DNA of 64,000 bases from an uncultured Dehalococcoidaceae bacterium (GCA_964595455.1 CAZQQL010000001.1:15236-79235), one strand, 5' to 3'. Positions 18,308-27,605 are shown, counted from the stretch's first letter. Made by a program: numbers and translations. Notes: generated by a model not told the origin, from the sequence alone.

Positions 18308-18811
18308 GTGGCGTATCAAGGAAAATACTCCCGGTATTTCACAACGGACATCAGGGAGGAATCGGTGATACCGGGAGTGATAGAGAGCCCGAGTTTCGGA
18401 CTCCGGGGGGCACGCATCATCCCGGAAGCTAAAGCTAACTTCGGCTGGAACGTGATTACCAGGCCGTATTTCCTGGACAGGGTGACCCATGTCCATGCCG
18501 GCGATGAGTACCTGTGCTTTCTGGCGGGCCATGTACCGGACTGCTTCAGCGACTTCGATGCTGAGATCGACTTCTGCATCGGAAAGGAACAAGAACTTTA
18601 CACGATCAAGGAACCCACTATCGTGTACATCCCCAAAGGGCTCCTGCATTGCCCGCTCGAATTCCGGGTGGTAAATAAACCCCTGCTGTTCATGATGATA
18701 CTGCTCATGCCGAAATTCGAGCTGACCGATATGAGCGGGAACAAGTCCTCTTATGAAGGCCCGGGAGTTGACGGTGCTCCCATGACGATAGATTTATCGA
18801 AGCTCGAGTAA
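18308..18811 (+). CDS. Hypothetical cupin-like protein (paralog of 54574-55011)
   Basis: GTG start. Core THVHAGDEYLCFLAG...IVYIPKGLLHCPLEF aligns with HTHEFDEVLGFFGT...LAYIPAGILHNPLNI of the other copy. Confidence 0.5.
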   Translation: MAYQGKYSRYFTTDIREESVIPGVIESPSFGLRGARIIPEAKANFGWNVITRPYFLDRVTHVHAGDEYLCFLAGHVPDCFSDFDAEIDFCIGKEQELYTIKEPTIVYIPKGLLHCPLEFRVVNKPLLFMMILLMPKFELTDMSGNKSSYEGPGVDGAPMTIDLSKLE

Positions 18812-18941
18812 CCAACACGCTCTCAACAACTGGTCCCCAGGCAGGGAGAACAACATAAACTGCATTATTCAGAAGATGCGTTGTTCTGTCTTAATGGGCA
18901 TATATGCCTTTAATGAAATCCCAGTAATGACTGAGAACGCG

Positions 18942-18989
18942 AAAAAATACAGCCCGGACTTTGCTGTCAGAAGCGCGGTTCCGGGCTGT
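18942..18989 (-). terminator. Rho-independent terminator after the ferredoxin gene
   Basis: ACAGCCCGG (18949-18957) / CCGGGCTGT (18981-18989) stem, followed on the minus strand by ATTTTTTC. Confidence 0.6.
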
Positions 18990-19004
18990 AATCTTAGTAG
19001 CTGA

Positions 19005-19313
19005 TTAGACCTGACCTATCTCTCCGGTCTCCTTGTTCTTCCAATAGCCGCGGGACTGGATGGGCCAGTTGAACTCGATGGCTCCCGGACGAGGGCAGTC
19101 ATTGACGCAGGTGCCGCAGTACCAGCATTCATCAGCGTGAAGTATGATGGGCGTCTTGCCTTTTTGCGGGTTCGGCAGGTAGACGTCTATCGGACAGACT
19201 TCCACGCAATGATTGCAGCCGTTGCAGACTTCCGGGTGGAAGATCACCGGCCGGCTGGGCGTGGTGATGTTGGGAACGGCGGTCAGTTTATGTTCAGGCA
19301 TTACTTCCTCCAT
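19005..19313 (-). CDS. 2x[4Fe-4S] ferredoxin, AprB-like small subunit
   Basis: CNGCNHCVEVCP and CWYCGTCVNDCP motifs; 20 nt downstream of the flavoprotein gene. Confidence 0.8.
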   Translation of the reverse strand: MEEVMPEHKLTAVPNITTPSRPVIFHPEVCNGCNHCVEVCPIDVYLPNPQKGKTPIILHADECWYCGTCVNDCPRPGAIEFNWPIQSRGYWKNKETGEIGQV

Positions 19314-19333
19314 TACTACGTTTCATTGTGTGA

Positions 19334-21274
19334 TTATTTGCCCCGGTAGACGCCGGTGTAGTCCCGGTTGTGGGCTTCGTACTGCTGTTTCATGTCGCCC
19401 CAGAACCTCATGGGCAGGTCGCCGGTCACTATCTTGCCGTTTTCCTGCTTGATGGTCAGGTACTTGTTCCACTCCGGGGGGTCCATGGCGGGATAGTCTA
19501 TCCTGTTGAGGCCCAGCATCATGCTGCTGGCCTTGCGCGCCAGCATGGCGTTGATGATGATCTTCGAATACGTCAGCATCGTGGTATCTTCCAGCGTCCG
19601 CATCAGCTTGTGCGGGTCCGGAGCATACAGCATGGGCACGAACTCATCCTCGATCCTCTTGAGTGATTGAAGGCCCATCTTGAGCAGGGACTCGTTTTTG
19701 AACTCGCTGACATAGTACTGAAGGGCGCGCGCCATACCGGCGTGGACTTCTTTCCACTCGATGCCGCTGCTCCGCTTGACTGGAGCGTACACGCGTTCCT
19801 TTTCCCTGGCTACCTGGGCGCGGTCGATGTCCGCCTGCCCGACCTGTTTGGCATATGCGGCGGCCTTGCGCCCGGCATAACGGCCGGTTGAGGCGGCGAA
19901 ACTGTGGTCCTCCGGCGAGAACATCTGCTCACCGGCAGCGTAGAGGCCTTCGAGGGTGGATTGCAGGTTCCAGTCCACGACGATGCCGCCGCCGTACCCG
20001 GCTTCACGCCACTGGGGCAGCGACATTCCCTCGATGTACTTGTAGCTCTGAAGCAGGTCGCGGGCAGGGTCGTACCCGGCTTTCTCATAGGTATCCATGA
20101 TGATCTTGGTGGTGGATTCTTCCTTGAGCATCAGGTCCCACGTGGCACGGCGCTCGACGTCCTTCATGGCGGGGAAATCACCGTAGACCGGCAGCTTCCA
20201 TTCACCCTTGAGAATGCCTTCACGCACCGCGGCGTCCGCTTCACGGCTCGGCTGCATGGAGCCAGCGTCTTCCCAGCCCTGGGTAGGGAAGGGGAGCCGT
20301 TTGCCGGTCGCATCGACGAGCGGTACGTTCTCGTAGCTGGCGTCGCCCGCGCCGGAATACCACTTGTGCTTGAGGCCGGTCGCGATGCCCAGGAAGCCGG
20401 TGGCTTCCATCTTGGTCAATGTCGCGCCGGCGTTCCAGGCCATGACGGTACCATCACCGGAGATCGCCCGCGATCTCATGCTGGAATAGCCGCACAGCTC
20501 GGTGGTCAGGTTCCACATAGCCCCGGCGCCGGCCGTAGCGAGGATGGTGGCTTTCGACTTGAATACCAGGAACTCGCCGGTACGACTGTTGAGGCCGGTG
20601 GCGCCGACTACCCGCGCTCCCTGGACTCCTTTTTCGGTCAGGAGGCTCGTGCCCATGGTGCGGTCGAATATCTGCACGCCCAGGCGTTTGCATTCTTTCT
20701 TGAGGGCCGGTTTGAAGGTGGTGCCCCAGATACGGATAACGGTGTTGTTGAGGACGTCGCCTTTACGGTAGTTCGGGCTTTCGTAATTAACGACGAAGCC
20801 GCGGTAACGGGTATATCGGGGTGAGATCATCAGTTTGGTTTTCTCGTCCCGGCCGGTAGCGCCCACGTATTCATCTTTAGTATCGCGGATCTTGCCGCCC
20901 ATCAGTTCCATTTCCTGCAGGGTGTCCCAGTCCTCACGGCACTGGATCTGCACCCCGATACCATTGCAGTACGGCCGGTCCGTCACCTGCTGCGCCCAGT
21001 TGTCCGGATCGACGTTGGACAGCGGATTGGCGGGGGCGTCGCACCAGTGGTCGCAGCCCGGGCCTCCCTGGCCGCTGCGGATGGTGTCGCTTTTTTCGAC
21101 CAGCGCTACCCGCAGGCCCTGCCTGGCGGCGCTGATGGCCGCCCAGCAGCCGGCGATGCCGCCGCCGATGACCAGGACATCGGTCTCGACTTCCCTTTCC
21201 TGCTCGTACTTCACCGGATACGGCCAATCCGGGAGACGGCCTTCTTCTTTCAGATAATCATGCCATGTACTCAA
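19334..21274 (-). CDS. FAD-dependent oxidoreductase, AprA / fumarate reductase flavoprotein-like
   Basis: DVLVIGGGIAGCWAAISAARQG FAD fold; about 646 aa. The TTG start (MSTWHDY) sits 8 nt after AAGGAGG; the ORF-track start at 21313 is probably too long. Confidence 0.8.
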   Translation of the reverse strand: MSTWHDYLKEEGRLPDWPYPVKYEQEREVETDVLVIGGGIAGCWAAISAARQGLRVALVEKSDTIRSGQGGPGCDHWCDAPANPLSNVDPDNWAQQVTDRPYCNGIGVQIQCREDWDTLQEMELMGGKIRDTKDEYVGATGRDEKTKLMISPRYTRYRGFVVNYESPNYRKGDVLNNTVIRIWGTTFKPALKKECKRLGVQIFDRTMGTSLLTEKGVQGARVVGATGLNSRTGEFLVFKSKATILATAGAGAMWNLTTELCGYSSMRSRAISGDGTVMAWNAGATLTKMEATGFLGIATGLKHKWYSGAGDASYENVPLVDATGKRLPFPTQGWEDAGSMQPSREADAAVREGILKGEWKLPVYGDFPAMKDVERRATWDLMLKEESTTKIIMDTYEKAGYDPARDLLQSYKYIEGMSLPQWREAGYGGGIVVDWNLQSTLEGLYAAGEQMFSPEDHSFAASTGRYAGRKAAAYAKQVGQADIDRAQVAREKERVYAPVKRSSGIEWKEVHAGMARALQYYVSEFKNESLLKMGLQSLKRIEDEFVPMLYAPDPHKLMRTLEDTTMLTYSKIIINAMLARKASSMMLGLNRIDYPAMDPPEWNKYLTIKQENGKIVTGDLPMRFWGDMKQQYEAHNRDYTGVYRGK

Positions 21275-21354
21275 TCGCTGTACCTCCTTCAACAGATAGC
21301 TACCACGAAGCATAATCGTGTATGACCTGTATCGTCAAGTTTTTTCCGCGCGCT

Positions 21355-21390
21355 GCAAAAAAAGAGCATCCCGTTGTGGGCGGGATGCTC
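21355..21390 (-). terminator. Rho-independent terminator after the sulfatase operon
   Basis: Perfect 10-bp stem GAGCATCCCG / CGGGATGCTC (21364-21390), followed on the minus strand by TTTTTTT (21357-21363). Confidence 0.65.
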
Positions 21391-21415
21391 GGTATAACGT
21401 CATCGATGGCAAGTT

Positions 21416-23686
21416 CTACTCGTTCTTAAGCGCCTGCTCCAGTTCGAGCATGAACTCCATGTCTCCGGCGGGACGGGCGAGGTCGAACTCCACCCTGTCG
21501 ATACGGTTCGTGTAGGGGTAGTTCTTCTTTTCCTTCATACCGCCGGTGACGGAAATGAAGGGGAACCTCCCGACACTGAACGTTCCGCCGTGGAACAGCG
21601 GCTGCGATTCGATGTACATGTTGCCGCCCGGTTTACCGTTGATGAGCAGCCTTCCTACCCCCGCTCCGGGACGGGTAAGGCAGAAATCGAAAGCTAGTTC
21701 GAGGTCGCCTTCCGGCAGTTCGGTGTCCGAATCGAGGTGGAAATGCCGGTACGCCAGCCAGTTGTAGTGGAATTTCAGTTTTTTGTCCTCGATGTAGAGG
21801 GCGTACCCGCCGAGATTGTCTCCCGCGGCGAACAAAGCGCCTTCGTCACCGGTTTTGTACGTGACGAAAGCCCTGGCGGTAAAGGAATCCTGGGCCAGCC
21901 TCGGCCCGGAGCCGGCGGAGAACTCGGGATAGAACACGTAGCGTGTCCTGGACTTAACCGGGGCATAGCGGTACATCTTCTTGGAATTGAAGCCTTCAGC
22001 CCGTTTCAAGTGGCTTTCAGCCAGGGGCAGGACGCCGTACTTGCCGGCCTCATGCCACCAGAGGTCTTTCAGTTCCCGGAGCTTGTCCGGGTATTTTTCA
22101 GCCAGGTCCACGGTCTCGGTGAAATCCGTGTCCGTATGGAACAGTTCCCAGACATCTTTATCGAAGTCGAAGCCGGGATTGACCGCGTGGTCCGCGACAG
22201 CCTTCCAGCCGTCCGCCCAGATACCCCGGTTGCCGACCATTTCATAGTACTGGACATGGCGGCGGGTTTTTTCCTCGGGGCTGTCGAACGTGTATGCCAT
22301 GCTGACGCCATGCTTGGGCTCCTGCCTGACGCCGTTGATGGACGCCGGCTGCCCGATGCCGCACATCTCCAGGACGGTGCTGTTGATGTCCACGACATGG
22401 TGGTACTGGGTCCGGATACCGCCTTTGTCCCTGATCCTGTCCGGACACGTAACGATGAGCGGGACCTTGATGCCGCCGCAGTGGTTCCAGGACTTGTACA
22501 TGCGCAGCGGTGTATTGGAAGCCCGTGCCCACCCCGAGGGGTAGTGGCATTTCACATCAGCCGAGCCCAGCGATTCCAGTTCATCCTCGCCGACCAGCGG
22601 CGGGTCCTGTTCCGTCACGTAATGGTAAGCAAAACTCCGGGTGCCCCAGCGACCACCTTCGGCGGAGGCGCCGTTATCGGAGAGGAACACCGTTATCGTG
22701 TTATCGTACTGGCCGATTTTCTTCAGGTAATCTATCACCCTGCCGATCTGGGCGTCGGTATGCGTCACGAAACCGGCGTAAACCTCCATGTATCTCGAAA
22801 AAGCGCGTTTTTCTTCCGCGGTTAATGTATCCCATCTGGCGGCGATGTAGTCGGTTTCCGGGAGACGGCAGTCTTCCGGCACGATGCCGAGTTCCTTCTG
22901 CCGCTGCAGCACTTTCTCGCGGTAGACGTCCCAGCCTTCATCGAATTTGCCTCTGTAACGGTCCACGTAGTCTTTGGGGACCTGGTGCGGCGAGTGGTGC
23001 GCGCCGAAAGCGAGGTAGCAGAAGAAAGGCTTGTCAGGGTCGTTGGACTTGAGGTCGCCGATATAGGAGATGGCCCGGTCGGCCAGGTCTTCGCTGAGGT
23101 GATAGCCTTCATCCGGGGTCTTCGGCTGATTGACGAACTCGTTCCCGCACACGAGGTCGGGGTAGAACTGGCCTGTCGCCGCCCCGAGGAAACCGTAGTA
23201 TTTCTCGAACCCCCGGCCGAGCGGCCACTGGTCGAACGGCCCGGTGGAAGAACGCGTTTCCGGCGGGACCAGGTGCCATTTGCCGATGGCATACGTGGCG
23301 TAACCGTTCCTGACCAGCGTTTCGCTGATCATTCCGTACTCTTTGCCGACGCGCGCCCGGTATCCGGGGAAACCCATGTCGATCTCCGCGATGAACCCCA
23401 TGCCGGTGGTGTGGCAGTTGCAGCCGGTGAGGAGGCTCGCCCTTGTGGGGGAACACATGGCGTTGACGTGGAAGTCCCGATAGCGGAGGCCGTCCGCCGC
23501 CAGCGCATCGATGTTGGGCGTATCGATCAACGAGCCGTAACAGCCCACGTCCGAGTAGCCCGTATCGTCGAGGAGGATATAGAGGATGTTAGGAGCGTTT
23601 GCAGGCGGACCATTCTCAGGCCACCACGGTGTGGAATCCATGTAACGTGTTTTGATGATGCCCTGGTATTGTTTTTTATCAGCCAT
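21416..23686 (-). CDS. Cys-type arylsulfatase-family sulfatase (756 aa, no signal peptide)
   Basis: LLDDTGYSD metal site, CSPTRASLLTG formylglycine motif, GKWHL block. Confidence 0.9.
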   Translation of the reverse strand: MADKKQYQGIIKTRYMDSTPWWPENGPPANAPNILYILLDDTGYSDVGCYGSLIDTPNIDALAADGLRYRDFHVNAMCSPTRASLLTGCNCHTTGMGFIAEIDMGFPGYRARVGKEYGMISETLVRNGYATYAIGKWHLVPPETRSSTGPFDQWPLGRGFEKYYGFLGAATGQFYPDLVCGNEFVNQPKTPDEGYHLSEDLADRAISYIGDLKSNDPDKPFFCYLAFGAHHSPHQVPKDYVDRYRGKFDEGWDVYREKVLQRQKELGIVPEDCRLPETDYIAARWDTLTAEEKRAFSRYMEVYAGFVTHTDAQIGRVIDYLKKIGQYDNTITVFLSDNGASAEGGRWGTRSFAYHYVTEQDPPLVGEDELESLGSADVKCHYPSGWARASNTPLRMYKSWNHCGGIKVPLIVTCPDRIRDKGGIRTQYHHVVDINSTVLEMCGIGQPASINGVRQEPKHGVSMAYTFDSPEEKTRRHVQYYEMVGNRGIWADGWKAVADHAVNPGFDFDKDVWELFHTDTDFTETVDLAEKYPDKLRELKDLWWHEAGKYGVLPLAESHLKRAEGFNSKKMYRYAPVKSRTRYVFYPEFSAGSGPRLAQDSFTARAFVTYKTGDEGALFAAGDNLGGYALYIEDKKLKFHYNWLAYRHFHLDSDTELPEGDLELAFDFCLTRPGAGVGRLLINGKPGGNMYIESQPLFHGGTFSVGRFPFISVTGGMKEKKNYPYTNRIDRVEFDLARPAGDMEFMLELEQALKNE

Positions 23687-23738
23687 CGCTGTTCACCTCT
23701 CCGTTATATTCCCCCTTCTCCATCGGACGGGAACGGGA

Positions 23739-26021
23739 CTATTGATTGCGCAGTTCGCGCTCCAGTTCGAGCATGATGTCCATGTCATCGACGGGGCGTT
23801 CCATGTCGATTTCCACTCGGTCGAGCTTGCCCTGGTACCGGAAGTAATCCGTCGATTTCATATCCTTTGTGATCGGTGAAAGGGCGTACCTGCCGACGGC
23901 GAACTTGCCGCCCGAGAACAGCGGGTAAACGCTGATGGAGATATTGCCGGACGGTTCTCCGTTGATGAGGAGACGCCCCACGCCCTGGTCCGGTTTGGTG
24001 TTGACAAATTCGAAGCCGAGCTTCACATCGCCATCAGGCAATTCCACGCCGGATACCAGGTGCAACTGCTGCTCGGCGAGGTAGTTCAGGTGGAACACGA
24101 GCCGGTTGTTCTTGACGTACAGCGCGTAGCCGCCCGAGTTGTCACCGGCGGCGACCAGTGTGCCCTCGTTTCCCTTCCGATGGTTGGCGAACGCCGTAAT
24201 GACGAAGGATTTGTTCGCGAGCCGGGGGGACAGGGAATTGGGGGTCATCTGCGGATAGAAGGTGTACCGGCTGTGGTACTCCGATGGCGCGAACCGGAGC
24301 ATCTTGTTCCAGTCGAAGCCGCCCATTTTCTTGTAATGGCTCTCCATCATGGGCAGCACGCCGTACTTTCCGGCCTCATGCCACCACAGGTCTACCATTT
24401 CCCGCAGTTTTTCCGGGTGACTGGCGGCCAGGTCGCGAGACTCGGAGAAATCCTCGTCGGTATGATAAAGCTCCCACTTGTCATCGTCGAAACTGGCGGA
24501 GATGACATGGTCGGAGACCGCCTTCCAGCCGTCCGCCCAGATGCCCCGGTTGCCGAGCATCTCGTAGTACTGTACCAGCCTCTGCCGGGGAGCAGCCGGG
24601 TCATCGAAGGTATAGGTCATGCTGATGCCGGGTTTGTCAGCCTGCTTGACGCCCTTGATGAATTCCGGCTGCTCGATGCCCGTAATATCCAGGACCGTCT
24701 TGTAGATATCGATGACGTGGTGATACTGCGTTCGTATACTGCCCTTGTCCTTGATCTTGTCCGGATAGCTGATGATGCAGGGCACTTTTACGCCGCCGGC
24801 GTGGCACCACGTCTTGTACATCTTGAGCGGCGTATTGCCGGCCCATCCCCAACTTCGGGGATAATTGTTGGCTGCTTCCGGTGAGCCCAGCAGTTCGAGC
24901 TGTTCATCAGAAGCGAGGTCCGCCCAGCGCATTGACATGAGATGATAATACTCGTTGAAACAGCCCTCGGGACCGCCCTCACCGGAAGCGCCGTTATCGG
25001 AGATGAGGACGATGAGCGTGTTATCGTACTGGCCGCTCTTTTTCAGGAAATCGAGCAGCCGCCCGACCTGTTCATCGGTATACGAAAGATAACCCGCGAA
25101 TACCTCCATGAATTTCGGGAAGACTTTCTTCTGGCGTTCCGTGAGGGAATCCCAGGGGGTGGCCAGGTAGTTGTGTTCCGTCAATTTGGTGTCCGGCGGG
25201 ATGAGGCCCATTTCCTTCTGGCGGGCGAATACCTTCTGCCGGTAGACGTCCCAGCCTTCGTCGAATTTCCCCTTGTATTTCTCGATGTAGTCTTTCGGAG
25301 CGTGGTGCGGGCCGTGCATCGCCCCGAAGGAGAGGTAGCAGAAGAAAGGCTTGTCAGGAGCGCAGGACTTCTGGTCGCCGATATAGCCGATTGCCTTGTC
25401 CACGAGGTCGGCGCTGAGGTGGTATCCTTCTTCCGGGCTCTTGGGAGGATCGATGTGGTGGTTATCGCACACCATGTCCGGGTAAAACTGGCTGGTGGCT
25501 GCGTTGAGGAACCCGTAATATTTTTCGAAGCCGCGGCCCAGCGGCCACTGGTTGAAGGGGCCGGCGCCGCTCATGTGCTTCTGGTTGCAGAGATGCCATT
25601 TGCCTACGGCAAAGGTGGAGTACCCGTTCTCCAGCAGCGCCTCGCTGATGTAGCCGTACTTCTGGTTGATGTCGCCGGAAAGGGCCGGGAAACCGAGGCT
25701 GTAGTTGGCCAGGAACCCGAGCCCGACGGTATGGTTGTTGCATCCGGTCAGCAGGCTGGCCCGCGTCGGAGAGCACATGGCGTTGACGTGGAAATCGCTG
25801 TACCGCAGACCGTCGGCGGCGATGGAATCCATGTGGCGGGTATCGATGAGAGACCCGTAGCAGCCCAGCTGGGAATACCCGGTATCGTCGAGAACGATAT
25901 AGAGGATATTCGGCGCCCCTTTGGGCGGCCTCGGTTCATCCTGCCACCACGGCGTCGAATCGATATACGATGTCTTGATAACACCCTGGAATTCCTGTTC
26001 CTGGTTGGCCATGTTTTTCAC
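23739..26021 (-). CDS. Cys-type arylsulfatase-family sulfatase, tandem paralog (760 aa, no signal peptide)
   Basis: VLDDTGYSQ, CSPTRASLLTG, GKWHL. Collinear with the downstream paralog over its full length. Confidence 0.9.
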   Translation of the reverse strand: MKNMANQEQEFQGVIKTSYIDSTPWWQDEPRPPKGAPNILYIVLDDTGYSQLGCYGSLIDTRHMDSIAADGLRYSDFHVNAMCSPTRASLLTGCNNHTVGLGFLANYSLGFPALSGDINQKYGYISEALLENGYSTFAVGKWHLCNQKHMSGAGPFNQWPLGRGFEKYYGFLNAATSQFYPDMVCDNHHIDPPKSPEEGYHLSADLVDKAIGYIGDQKSCAPDKPFFCYLSFGAMHGPHHAPKDYIEKYKGKFDEGWDVYRQKVFARQKEMGLIPPDTKLTEHNYLATPWDSLTERQKKVFPKFMEVFAGYLSYTDEQVGRLLDFLKKSGQYDNTLIVLISDNGASGEGGPEGCFNEYYHLMSMRWADLASDEQLELLGSPEAANNYPRSWGWAGNTPLKMYKTWCHAGGVKVPCIISYPDKIKDKGSIRTQYHHVIDIYKTVLDITGIEQPEFIKGVKQADKPGISMTYTFDDPAAPRQRLVQYYEMLGNRGIWADGWKAVSDHVISASFDDDKWELYHTDEDFSESRDLAASHPEKLREMVDLWWHEAGKYGVLPMMESHYKKMGGFDWNKMLRFAPSEYHSRYTFYPQMTPNSLSPRLANKSFVITAFANHRKGNEGTLVAAGDNSGGYALYVKNNRLVFHLNYLAEQQLHLVSGVELPDGDVKLGFEFVNTKPDQGVGRLLINGEPSGNISISVYPLFSGGKFAVGRYALSPITKDMKSTDYFRYQGKLDRVEIDMERPVDDMDIMLELERELRNQ

Positions 26022-26041
26022 CTCTCATTACGGATTGAGTA

Positions 26042-27193
26042 TCAATTTGGCTGTTGGGCCGATTGCCGTTGCGCCTGGACTTTCCGGACATATTTGGCGA
26101 CTTCGAGCAAATGGGGATAGGCATAATCGAGGAACTCGATATAAGATTGACAGAAGTAGTTGCGTTCAAGCCCGCCGGAAGGCTGGGCCGGCCGGTCCCG
26201 GCGGCATCCGCCGCGGCAGAGGGCCTTCCATTTGCAGGTCAGGCATGCCGGCGGCGCCGATAACGAGCTGCTGATGAAGCGCCGGCACGTATCGCTTTCA
26301 TAAAGTTCCAGCAGTTCCTTGTCCTGGATATCACCCAGTTTCCATTCATCGGTGACGTAGAAATCACACGGGTATACACTGCCGTCAGCCTCGAAAACGA
26401 ACTGGCACTGGCAGGAGCCGAGCAGGCTGCACATCTCGGGGGACATGCCCATTACCATCCTCACCAGGTTATCGAAGTACCTTACGCTCACCTCCCGGCC
26501 GCCCGTAAAATCCGTGAACCATTTATCGAAGAAACGCAGCAGGAAAAAGGCGTAGCTCTTCGGGCTCAGTGAATAATCGCGTCCCCCTCGCTCACCGGCG
26601 CCGGGATCGATGCAGGGCATGAACTGGAGATAGTTGAAATTGTTGGCTTTGTAATAATCGTAGAGTTTGTCCGGATGGCGCGCCGTTGCTTCGGTAACCA
26701 CGAACAGAATATTGTAGTCCACTTTATGCCGGTTGAGCAGCGCCGCCGTGCGGATCACCGCATCATGAGTGCCTTTCCCCCTGGCATCGGTCCGGTATGC
26801 GTCATGCAGGTCATGGGGACCATCCAGGGAAAGCCCGATGAGAAAGCGGTTATCGTGCAGAAACTTGGCCCAATCGCTGTCCAGCAGCACGCCGTTGGTC
26901 TGGAGGCAGTTTTCGATCCTGACGCCGTTGACGTTCAGCTTCTGTTGAAGCTCTATCAAGGTCTTGTAGAAATCGAGCCCGCACAGCGTCGGCTCCCCGC
27001 CCTGGAAAGAAAAGGTCGCCTGCCCGGAGGCAAACCGAAGTGCCTTCCTGATGATCGTTTCGAGGGTCTCGAGGCTCATGAAGCCGAAATCGGCTACGCT
27101 GCGGTTGTCGGCCACGTCGTGGTAAAAGCAGTATTCACACTTCAAGTTGCACTTGCTTGAGGCCGGTTTAATGAGAACGCTGATCGGCGGCAC
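26042..27193 (-). CDS. Anaerobic sulfatase-maturating enzyme (radical SAM/SPASM)
   Basis: CNLKCEYCFY radical-SAM motif and C-terminal Cys-rich SPASM region (CLTCKWKALCRGGC). First gene of the sulfatase operon; GTG start. Confidence 0.9.
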   Translation of the reverse strand: MPPISVLIKPASSKCNLKCEYCFYHDVADNRSVADFGFMSLETLETIIRKALRFASGQATFSFQGGEPTLCGLDFYKTLIELQQKLNVNGVRIENCLQTNGVLLDSDWAKFLHDNRFLIGLSLDGPHDLHDAYRTDARGKGTHDAVIRTAALLNRHKVDYNILFVVTEATARHPDKLYDYYKANNFNYLQFMPCIDPGAGERGGRDYSLSPKSYAFFLLRFFDKWFTDFTGGREVSVRYFDNLVRMVMGMSPEMCSLLGSCQCQFVFEADGSVYPCDFYVTDEWKLGDIQDKELLELYESDTCRRFISSSLSAPPACLTCKWKALCRGGCRRDRPAQPSGGLERNYFCQSYIEFLDYAYPHLLEVAKYVRKVQAQRQSAQQPN

Positions 27194-27355
27194 TGGATTC
27201 TGTTCCTTGTAGTACGTCAGTTGGTGAGTTGCTCTACGGCAACCGGGTCATAAACTTGCGTAATACCCGGGAACGTCACCTCCTCACTTTAGTTCATAAC
27301 CCTGATTCAGCAAAGCTCTTTTTGTCAAGTAAAGAAGAACGTAAAGGAAGCCGAT

Positions 27356-27405
27356 AGACTGTCCCTCCGGGTTGAAAGGAGGGTACGGCTTTCAGCCCGG
27401 AGGGA
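27356..27405. repeat. Hairpin element sharing a 15-mer with the element at 46807-46850
   Basis: AGACTGTCCCTCCGG at 27356-27370. Stem TCCCTCCGGG (27362-27371) / CCCGGAGGGA (27396-27405). Confidence 0.5.
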
Positions 27406-27503
27406 GCCGGAAAAAGGAATGCCCGTTGAACTCATAGTAAAGGCGTGGATTCGAACTACCTCCTGCGAAAGTATTTAAAAATAACAACTAAAGTTGATGT
27501 AAT

Positions 27504-27534
27504 AGTATACACAATGCCAATCAACAGTTGTCAA
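27504..27534 (-). promoter_or_regulatory. Candidate promoter for the anSME-sulfatase operon
   Basis: Minus-strand TTGACA (27529-27534) and TATACT (27504-27509). The 19-nt spacer is long. Confidence 0.3.
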
Positions 27535-27576
27535 GCCCAAAATGATAAAAATATCCAACAGGATAAGCAATAAGTC

Positions 27577-27605
27577 TTGACAACGCTGTCCGACATGCGT
27601 AATAA
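27577..27605 (+). promoter_or_regulatory. Candidate sigma70-type promoter for the ABC importer operon
   Basis: TTGACA (27577-27582), 17-nt spacer, TAATAA (27600-27605). Confidence 0.4.

Noticed and set aside
27441-27470. GGATTCGAAC string resembling a tRNA T-arm in the sulfatase/ABC intergenic region.
   Set aside because: The flanking bases do not form a T-stem (GTGGA versus TACCT). No acceptor or anticodon arms can be drawn on either strand, so this is not a tRNA or a convincing tRNA fragment.
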